Source: Alkalilimnicola ehrlichii MLHE-1
GTDB lineage: Bacteria > Pseudomonadota > Gammaproteobacteria > Nitrococcales > Halorhodospiraceae
Direction of reading: 5' to 3'
DNA: 32,000 nt
Assembly: GCF_000014785.1 (NCBI RefSeq)
Contig: NC_008340.1
Location: forward strand, 1,980,001 to 2,012,000
Shown here: in pieces, positions 8,741 through 15,413 of the stretch
How positions within the stretch are numbered: position 1 is the stretch's first letter
Layout of the letters: each line of letters starts with the position of its first letter
Position numbers and translations under genes: made by a program
Notes under the pieces: generated by a model
Seen by the model: only the letters and a program-made list of their open reading frames with translations
Databases searched by the model: none
What the model was told of the DNA's origin: nothing

Positions 8741-9982
8741 TCAGCGCAGGCCCATGAACAATTCGATGGCGCCAATACCCAGTAGCGGTACCACCAAGAA
8801 TACGCCAAACAGGAACAAGAAGGCGTAGCGCGGCTTGCGTCCGGCCAGATCGCCGTACCAGAGGGCGAGCTTCAACGGGATGCGGCGCAACGGGTACCAA
8901 ATCATGGTCCCGGTCACATTGAAGGTGACGTGGAACAGCGCCACCGTCATGGCCGCGGCAATGGGATTGGCGGTGGCCGCCAGCACGCTGGTCACCGTGG
9001 TGCCCAGGTTCGCCCCCATCATGAAGGGCAGCACCCGGCGGATACGCACCACCCCGGCGCCGGCCAGAGGCACCATCAGGCTGCTGGTGATGGTGCTGGA
9101 CTGCACCAGCACCGTGGAGACCACCCCGACTCCGTAGGCGCGCAGGTCGGTGCGGAAGAAGTAGGTGCGGAACAGCCCGTCCATGTGGCGCAACAGGGCC
9201 CCGCGCAGGTTGTGCACCATGAAGATCAGGGCGATGAACATCAGCGCCAGGCCGATGGCCGCCACCAGCAACCCCTCGCCGGCCGTGGTCGGCATCACCC
9301 AGGCCCCCACGGCGTCCACCGCCTCCACCACCGGCCGCGTGACCACCTTGACCGGGCTGTCCGGGCGCGGCACCTCCTCCAACCCGATCAGGCCACTGAC
9401 CCAGGCCGCAAACTGGGTAAACACCCCACGCCCGGTCTCGTGGGCCAGGCCGGTGAGCCATTCGATCGGGAAGATCAGCATGACCGTGAGGATATTGAAG
9501 AAATCGTGCAGGAGTGCGGCGGTGAACGAGCGGCGGAAGTTGCGGCGGATGCGGATGTTGGCCAGTGCGACGATCACGCCGGTCACCGCGGTGCCGATAT
9601 TCGCCCCCATGATGGCGAACACCCCGGTGCCCAGCGTCATCTCGCCACTGGCCACCAGGGTGACGATGAGCGCCGAGGTGAACGACGAGCTCTGCACCAC
9701 CATGGTGACCATTACCCCGGCCAACAGGGCGATGAAGGGGTTCTCGCCGTAGGCGAAGGCCCGCACCAGGAAGTCGCTGTCGCCGCCGAAGGTGCCCAGA
9801 CCAGAGCCCAGCACATTGAGGGCGGCGAGGAAGAGGTAAAGACAGAGCCCGGCGTAGAGGCCGCGCATCCAGGCAGGCACCTCGCGGCGCTGCTCACGGG
9901 CCAGGGCCGGGCTGGCGGCCGTCGGGGGCGGGGGTGAATCGTTTTTCAACATAGGCACGCTGTCTGTCCACGGCAAGACCAT
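8741..9982 (-). CDS. Na/Pi cotransporter family protein
   Basis: 413-aa polytopic membrane protein with the duplicated Na/Pi-cotransporter signature (VQSSSFTSALIVTL... and VQSSTITSSLMVPL...; GANIGT / GANLGTT). An alternative ATG is at 9952. Confidence 0.87.
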   Translation of the reverse strand: MVLPWTDSVPMLKNDSPPPPTAASPALAREQRREVPAWMRGLYAGLCLYLFLAALNVLGSGLGTFGGDSDFLVRAFAYGENPFIALLAGVMVTMVVQSSSFTSALIVTLVASGEMTLGTGVFAIMGANIGTAVTGVIVALANIRIRRNFRRSFTAALLHDFFNILTVMLIFPIEWLTGLAHETGRGVFTQFAAWVSGLIGLEEVPRPDSPVKVVTRPVVEAVDAVGAWVMPTTAGEGLLVAAIGLALMFIALIFMVHNLRGALLRHMDGLFRTYFFRTDLRAYGVGVVSTVLVQSSTITSSLMVPLAGAGVVRIRRVLPFMMGANLGTTVTSVLAATANPIAAAMTVALFHVTFNVTGTMIWYPLRRIPLKLALWYGDLAGRKPRYAFLFLFGVFLVVPLLGIGAIELFMGLR

Positions 9983-10115
9983 GACAGTTCCGTGATGGAA
10001 CGGTTACCGGCGCGCACGGTACCCTGCTTTCATGACAGTTTCATTACAAACCTGAAACAAACCGATCCCTGCCAGCAGCCGGCCGGGGAGCACTGAGGAC
10101 GCGCCGGGGCTGAAC

Positions 10116-10121
10116 TATACT
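10116..10121 (+). promoter_or_regulatory. Candidate -10 element (TATACT) for the CBS gene
   Basis: TATACT lies in a locally AT-richer patch 37 nt upstream of ATG 10158. AGGAGG at 10144-10149 is a clear Shine-Dalgarno. The -35 region matches only weakly. Confidence 0.3.
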
Positions 10122-10157
10122 TGTCAATGCGGTCCCCGCAACAGGAGGGTGATTGAC

Positions 10158-10574
10158 ATGAAAGTGAACGCAGCCATGCATCGTGGCGTGGAGTGGTGTG
10201 CCCCGGACACCCCCATCATGGAGATCGCCCGGCTCTTTCGCGAGAAGGATATCGGCGCCATTCCCATCGGTGAGAACGATCGGCTGGTCGGCATGCTGAC
10301 CGACCGAGACATCGTCTGCCGGGGTCTGGCGGAAGGCCGGGACGTGGCCTCCATGACCGCGGGTGATGTCATGACCCGGGACATCATCTATTGCTGGGAG
10401 GACGACGACATCGAGGATGCCGTACACCTGATGGAAGAGCACCGGGTGCGCCGTGTCCCCGTCCTCAACAGCGACAAGCGCATGACAGGCATGCTGTCCA
10501 TGGGTGACATCTCCCACGCCGCCAACCCGGAACTCTGCCGCGAGTTCCTGGGCGCGGTCGCCGCGCACCACTGA
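10158..10574 (+). CDS. CBS-domain pair protein
   Basis: MKVNAAMHRGVEW... with two CBS-like repeats (...IGAIPIGENDRLVGMLTDRDIV... and ...VRRVPVLNSDKRMTGMLSMGDI...). ATG 10158 sits 8 nt after AGGAGG; the ORF-track start at 10149 is a GTG inside or adjacent to that SD. Confidence 0.85.
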   Translation: MKVNAAMHRGVEWCAPDTPIMEIARLFREKDIGAIPIGENDRLVGMLTDRDIVCRGLAEGRDVASMTAGDVMTRDIIYCWEDDDIEDAVHLMEEHRVRRVPVLNSDKRMTGMLSMGDISHAANPELCREFLGAVAAHH

Positions 10575-10582
10575 CCCCCACC

Positions 10583-10607
10583 GGCGGGTGCGCCCCACGC
10601 GCCCGCC
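10583..10607. terminator. GC-rich hairpin at the convergent junction of the CBS gene and the tail-like operon
   Basis: ggcgggtgcg / cgcgcccgcc form a 10-bp stem (one G-U pair) with a 5-nt loop, 9 nt after the CBS stop. A weaker 6-bp hairpin (ccccga...tcgggg, 10630-10654) follows the minus-strand operon stop. Neither has a U-tract. Confidence 0.35.
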
Positions 10608-10655
10608 CCAACCCGACCTCTAGCCCAACCCCCGATTCAACCGCCGAGTCGGGGC

Positions 10656-11033
10656 TTAATCGCCTGCCTCTCCGGCGGGCCGGGGGACCTCATGAGCGCT
10701 CTCCGGGGGGCGAAAGAGCGCGCGCTGGGCCACGTAGAGCAACAGCAGGGTAGCCGCCAGCCAGGCGAGTACCCAGGGGCCCGGGTGCGCCCAGTAGGCG
10801 CCGGCCACGGTGAGGTTGCTGAGCAGCATGGCGTTGCCGAAGGCGGTGCGGCCGGGGCGATCACCCGCGTAGGCGGCCAGCAGCATCAGCGCCAACCACA
10901 GGCCCAGGAGGATGGTGAGCGCCAACCACCAGCCCTGGTGGCCCAGGGCGAGCAGGCCCAGCGTGGCTGGCCACTGCAAGAGGGCGAAGGCGTAGGGGTC
11001 GGCGAGTCGTCGTTCCAGGTGCGAGCTATCCAT
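10656..11033 (-). CDS. Small integral membrane protein (about 4 predicted TM helices), last gene of the operon
   Basis: 125 aa. Hydrophobic stretches lie at about residues 14-31, 35-56, 64-82 and 86-103, followed by a hydrophilic charged tail (RPPESAHEVPRPAGEAGD). ATG 11033 lies 9 nt after the toxin's TAG (TAGGGGACCTGAATG, with GGGGA as SD). Confidence 0.6.
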   Translation of the reverse strand: MDSSHLERRLADPYAFALLQWPATLGLLALGHQGWWLALTILLGLWLALMLLAAYAGDRPGRTAFGNAMLLSNLTVAGAYWAHPGPWVLAWLAATLLLLYVAQRALFRPPESAHEVPRPAGEAGD

Positions 11034-11042
11034 TCAGGTCCC

Positions 11043-14000
11043 CTAGCTGCGTCGAAAGAAATGGACATGAAAGGCATCGGTCTTGCGGGCCGCCTCCCAC
11101 TGGGCGTCGGTCATCCTGGCCTCCTTCTTCAGCGTAGCGCTCCGCCGGTAACCGCCATCCGGCCGATTGTCGACAATCGCCCGTGCCAGGTCGTGATCCA
11201 CCCCGTCCAGCTCGGCCAACCGGCCGACATTGTCCGCACGCTTGGCCGCAAGGGCCTCGTCGTCGATATAGAACCGGGTCTTGGGCCGGGCGCGGATGCT
11301 GTAATCATCCAGGGCGTTCGCCTTGAAACGGTTATCCACCTGATGGCTCGCCACCGTGCCGGCGGCCTTGCCGTCCGGCGTTATCTTCTCCGAGCTGCAG
11401 TCGAGGGTCCGGGGGATCCGCTGCTCCGCCTGGATGATATCCGCGATCACGTCGGCGTCGGTATCGCCCTCCTCCGTCCGGTGGGCTTCGGCCTCCGCCA
11501 CCAGCGGGTGTGATACGCCATAGTTGGCGGTGACGATGTAGTTAACGGCCTGTCCCCCTTCCACCGCGTCCTTGACCGGGTCTTCAAACCGGTGAAGCAT
11601 CGATTGTGAATCCCGGTTGTTGGCACCCTGCGTGAGCGGCGTCAGGTTGTCCCAGGTATCCCCCGGGCCGCCCAGATGCTCATTCAACAGGTGCCCACGG
11701 ACATAGTAGGTACCCCCGCCGTCCATGCGCCGCCGCAACAGGTTCCAGCTCTCGTTCTCGGGCGCATTACGCGGCGTGCTGCCGGTCGGATGGTCGCGGG
11801 TCAGCAACTCCACCCGCACCGAGCTGCCGAAACCCGCCGCGGTTCTGGGGCCGTAGATGGCCGGCGTGGAAGGCAGGTCGGCGACCGAACCCCCGGTGGA
11901 CTGCTCCAGCAGCTCCCGGGTCAGGGTCGAGAGCTGGTCCATGGCCTCATCCATCCTGTTCTTGAGTGCCTTGCGCTTCTCCGTGTAGGTCGGCTCGTCG
12001 ATGGCCGAGGCCTCCAACTGGCCCTCCAGGTCGCGGGACTCCCCGATAAGCCCCTCCACCGCTTCCGCGGCCGCCAACGCCCGTCGGCGGGTGTCGGCGG
12101 CGTCGTCCGGCAGTTTCAGGGCGGCGATGAATTCGGCGTAGGGGGTGGGCCGCGACTCGATGGTCAGCGCCTGGCGCTCCTTCTCCGCGTCGATGGACAG
12201 GGTATGCCGTTCCCCGCCCTCGGTCTCCACCTCGCGCTCGGCCTGCCACCAGTTGACCAGGGCGCGGGCCCCGCGCCGCACCGCCCGCCCCCCGCGGCGG
12301 GCCAGCTCCACGAAGCCCTCGCCCAGGCGCAGGGCGCGCTCGATGAGCCAGTCGAGGGCGGCGTCGACCCGCTCGCGGATCCCCTCCACCATCTCGCGGA
12401 TGCGGCTGCTGACATCCCCCAACCCGGCGTAGTGGGCCAGGAAGGCCAGCGCCGGAGGCACCGCCCGGCCCAGGGCATCCTCCAGGTAGTCGGCGGCCTT
12501 GCCCAACGCCCCGGAGGCGATCTCGGCCACCCCGGCCAGGAAGCGGTTCGCCACCTCCAGCAACGCCCGCAACTGGGCGGTCAGCGCCGTGATCACCCGG
12601 TAGAGCTCCATCACCAGGGCGATGACGTTGGAGACCCCGGTGGGGGCGAGCAGCGGGGTGAGCCGGATACTGGCCTGCTTGATGATGGTGACGCTCACCC
12701 AGTTGATGATGCTGTCCAGCACCTGCCCGCCCAGATCGCTCAAGCGCTCCCGCAACGCCGCCCACAGCGCGCCCGGCCCCTCCTCGACCAGGGTGCGCAG
12801 AAACTGCCAGGCGCCGGAGGCGTGTTCCAGCATCCGCCGCATGCGAAGCGCCACGCCGGAGCCCACCTGGCGGCCGATGCGGTCGAAGATCCGGTCGGTG
12901 GTGATATCCAGGATCTGCAGCACCACCCCGAGGATCGAGCGCAGGGAGAAGTCCTCCGGCGGCTCGATCCCGCCCTTGCGCAGGGTGCCGAACAGCCAGC
13001 CGGCTATCCCCGCCTTGAGGTGGCCGACGATGTTGCTGAAGAACTGGGAGAAGCCGCGCCCGGCCGCCCGCACCAGGTTGAGCAGGAAGCCGATGGGGTC
13101 CTGCAGGATATGCCCGATGGCCGCCGCGGCGTTGGCCAGGAGGCTGACCACCAGCTCGGGCGGCAGCCCGATCAGCCGCAGTGCGGCCTGGAAGAAGGCC
13201 CAGGCGGCCGCGGCGAGATCTCCGTCCACGAACAGCTTGCGCAGTATCTCCATGGCCTTGGCCTTGACCTTCTCCCAGAGGTCCGGGAGGGCCAGGAGCT
13301 GGCCGAAGACCGGGATGCGCGCCAGTATCTGGTTGACGATGAAGTCCTGCACCGGCTTGCGGATGCACTCCGGGATCAGCCGCCAGGCCGCGGACAACAC
13401 CAGTTGCGGCAACTGCATCAGGTCGGTCACCACCGAGAGCAACCGGCGCACCACGCCGATCATCCGCTCGATGAAGGGCGTCAGCCGGTCAAAGCCGGCG
13501 ACCAGGCCGTCGAACAGCTGCTTTACCCCGCTCTCCGCCCAGCGGCTGAGCCCGGCGATGCCCCGCTCCAGCCAGCCCAGCGCCCGCGCCAGGGGCCGGG
13601 TGATGTCCAACTGGCGCAGACCGGAGAAGAAGGCCGCCACCTTATCCCCCACCCCGCCAAGCCGCTCCACCAGCCAACGCCCGGAGTCGACCAGGAGGCC
13701 CCGCACCCGCGCTAGCACCGCTTCCACGGTGGGCAACGCGTTGGCCAGCGCCGCCCGGTTCTCCGCCACGCCAGCGCCCGGCCCGCCCTCCTCGCCGGCC
13801 CCCGCCATCTGCTGCTCGGCCGTGCCCAGGTCGTTGCTGAGCGCCTGCATGTCCTCGCCCAGGCGCTTGACGAAAGCGGGCGGCACCAGCTCCCGCAGCC
13901 ACTCCACGCCCTGCTGTATGGGCTGCCAGAGCGGCCGGGTGCGTGCCTTGATCCAGTCCCACGCCTCGCCGGCCTTGTCCTGCACCCAGCCGACCAGGCC

Positions 14001-15389
14001 GCCCTGATCGTTTCCGCTGCTGTCGTTGCTGGATCCGAATAGCTTGCCCTTGACCCAGTCCCAGGCCGCACCCAGGGTCTCGCGAATGGGCCGCGTCCAG
14101 TTCCAGATCCGACGGCCGAGGGCCTTGATGCCGTCCCAGAGGTCACCGGCCACCCCGGTGATGAAGTCCAGGGCGCGGGCACCGGTGCTCTCCCAGAGAT
14201 CGGCGAAAAAGTTACCGACGGGGGCGAGAAAGTCGGTGAGCCGGTCCCAGGCCGCCCCGGCCGCATCGGTCACCAGGGTGCGCAGCCGCCGGATGGCATC
14301 GAACAGCGGCCCGCAGTCCCCCGAGGCCAGCGCCTCCACGATGGCGCCCGCCCGCTCGAGCATGCCGGAGAAGAGCTCGCTCAGACGCTCCACCGACCCC
14401 TCGGGCGTGAGCCGGGTGACCGCCTCCACCAGCCGGTCGAATACGGCGGCCACCCGGTCCTTGAGCCACCCCACCGGGCCCTTGTCGATGATCTCCTGGA
14501 GTATGGGGGCCAGGTTGGGGGCGAGCTTCTCCACCACCGCCATGCCCTTGGAGGCAATGAAGTTGCCGGCCTTGTCGAAGATATCGCCCACGGCCCCGGT
14601 GAGGCGGTCGTACGCCCCCTTGGCCATGTCGATCCCGGCCCCCACCAACCGGCGACCACCTCGGCGCAAGCTGTCAATCCAGGACCGCCGCACCGGCGGG
14701 GCAGTGGCATCCTGATGGTCCACGCCCGCACTGCGCTGCTGCACCACGTGGGTCAGTTCGTGGGCGATGAGCCGCCGGCCGTCACGGCTGTCGGGCCGGA
14801 AGGCGCCGCGGTTGAAGGCGATGTGCTCGCCCAGGGTGAAGGCGTGGGCGTGGATGGCCTCGGAGAGGCGGGCGGCCTCGTCGTCGGTGTGTATGCGCAC
14901 CGCGGAGAAATCCTGCCCGAAGCGCGGCTCCATGAAGGCGCGCAGGTCCTCCGGCAGCGGGCGCCCCCCCTGCTGCAAGTGTCCGATGCGCCGGGCCAGT
15001 GGTTCCGGCAGGGCATCGGCCGCGCCGGGGGCTTCCTCCTCCCGCTCCTCCGGCAGGGGGACGGGGGCGTCCGCCGGCGCGGCACCGTGCGCCCCGCTCG
15101 CGACCGGAGCGGTGGCGGGAGGCGCCCGGCGGGCGGCATCGGGCGACCCGGCGCCGGGGGCCGTCGGGTCGTCCGATGCCGGCGCCGGGCCGCGGGTCAC
15201 CCGCTCGGCGGTGCGCTCGGCCTCGCGCTCCAGCGGGTCGTCGCGGGCACCGAGCTTGAGCCGGGGCTGGAGGCCCGCCTGGCCGATCACCGCGGCGATG
15301 GCCGCGCGCTGGCTATGGGGCTTCGCCACCGGCTGCGGGCGCCGGGCCGGTGCCGGTTGCGCGCGCTGTTGCTGGGCGAAGGCCACCAT
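11043..15389 (-). CDS. DUF4157 domain-containing polymorphic toxin with C-terminal DNA/RNA non-specific (EssD/YeeF-like) nuclease domain
   Basis: 1448 aa, ATG 15389 preceded by GGGGGAG. Domain order: a Pro/Ala-rich N-terminus; the DUF4157 signature (EPRFGQDFSAVRIHTD...AFTLGEHIAF...LIAHELTHVVQQ); an approximately 950-aa helical, Trp-rich middle (AWDRL / AWDWVK / AWDWIK); the nuclease motif YYVRGHLLNEHLGGPGDTWDNLTPLTQGANN...AVNYIV; and an HhH-like tail. Confidence 0.85.
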   Translation of the reverse strand: MVAFAQQQRAQPAPARRPQPVAKPHSQRAAIAAVIGQAGLQPRLKLGARDDPLEREAERTAERVTRGPAPASDDPTAPGAGSPDAARRAPPATAPVASGAHGAAPADAPVPLPEEREEEAPGAADALPEPLARRIGHLQQGGRPLPEDLRAFMEPRFGQDFSAVRIHTDDEAARLSEAIHAHAFTLGEHIAFNRGAFRPDSRDGRRLIAHELTHVVQQRSAGVDHQDATAPPVRRSWIDSLRRGGRRLVGAGIDMAKGAYDRLTGAVGDIFDKAGNFIASKGMAVVEKLAPNLAPILQEIIDKGPVGWLKDRVAAVFDRLVEAVTRLTPEGSVERLSELFSGMLERAGAIVEALASGDCGPLFDAIRRLRTLVTDAAGAAWDRLTDFLAPVGNFFADLWESTGARALDFITGVAGDLWDGIKALGRRIWNWTRPIRETLGAAWDWVKGKLFGSSNDSSGNDQGGLVGWVQDKAGEAWDWIKARTRPLWQPIQQGVEWLRELVPPAFVKRLGEDMQALSNDLGTAEQQMAGAGEEGGPGAGVAENRAALANALPTVEAVLARVRGLLVDSGRWLVERLGGVGDKVAAFFSGLRQLDITRPLARALGWLERGIAGLSRWAESGVKQLFDGLVAGFDRLTPFIERMIGVVRRLLSVVTDLMQLPQLVLSAAWRLIPECIRKPVQDFIVNQILARIPVFGQLLALPDLWEKVKAKAMEILRKLFVDGDLAAAAWAFFQAALRLIGLPPELVVSLLANAAAAIGHILQDPIGFLLNLVRAAGRGFSQFFSNIVGHLKAGIAGWLFGTLRKGGIEPPEDFSLRSILGVVLQILDITTDRIFDRIGRQVGSGVALRMRRMLEHASGAWQFLRTLVEEGPGALWAALRERLSDLGGQVLDSIINWVSVTIIKQASIRLTPLLAPTGVSNVIALVMELYRVITALTAQLRALLEVANRFLAGVAEIASGALGKAADYLEDALGRAVPPALAFLAHYAGLGDVSSRIREMVEGIRERVDAALDWLIERALRLGEGFVELARRGGRAVRRGARALVNWWQAEREVETEGGERHTLSIDAEKERQALTIESRPTPYAEFIAALKLPDDAADTRRRALAAAEAVEGLIGESRDLEGQLEASAIDEPTYTEKRKALKNRMDEAMDQLSTLTRELLEQSTGGSVADLPSTPAIYGPRTAAGFGSSVRVELLTRDHPTGSTPRNAPENESWNLLRRRMDGGGTYYVRGHLLNEHLGGPGDTWDNLTPLTQGANNRDSQSMLHRFEDPVKDAVEGGQAVNYIVTANYGVSHPLVAEAEAHRTEEGDTDADVIADIIQAEQRIPRTLDCSSEKITPDGKAAGTVASHQVDNRFKANALDDYSIRARPKTRFYIDDEALAAKRADNVGRLAELDGVDHDLARAIVDNRPDGGYRRSATLKKEARMTDAQWEAARKTDAFHVHFFRRS
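11142..11225 (-). other. Helix-hairpin-helix-like DNA-binding motif at the toxin C-terminus
   Basis: LAELDGVDHDLARAIVDNRPDGGYRRSATLKK resembles the ComEA-type HhH (L..LPGIG...A..I...R..NG.F.S...L). Confidence 0.5.
11487..11804 (-). other. beta-beta-alpha-Me nuclease toxin domain (Endonuclease_NS_2 / EssD-YeeF type)
   Basis: RGHLLNEHLGGPGD-x3-NLTPLTQGANN matches the RGHLI..LGG.G..NL.P....N core that I recall for EssD/YeeF-type toxins. The RGH triplet is encoded at 11691-11699. Confidence 0.7.
14736..14963 (-). other. DUF4157 (zincin-like) domain with HExxH motif
   Basis: Residues about 143-218 of the toxin. HELTH is encoded at 14748-14762 (cacgaactgacccac on the minus strand). Confidence 0.8.
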
Positions 15390-15413
15390 GGCTCCCCCTG
15401 CCGGCGAGCCGGC

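Noticed and set aside
9975-10060. Possible Pho box upstream of the Na/Pi cotransporter: CTGTCATG occurs twice on the minus strand (complement of 9980-9987 and of 10031-10038).
   Set aside because: The two copies are 51 nt apart rather than the roughly 11-nt phasing of Pho boxes. The first copy includes the start codon itself. The half-site following the second copy (GCAGGGT) does not match.
15390-15413. The GCCGGCTCGCCGGC palindrome between the DUF6519 gene and the toxin gene as a regulatory hairpin or attenuator.
   Set aside because: The 6-bp arms are separated by only 2 nt, so no stable loop can form. It is most likely a chance pair of self-complementary GCCGGC hexamers in GC-rich DNA.
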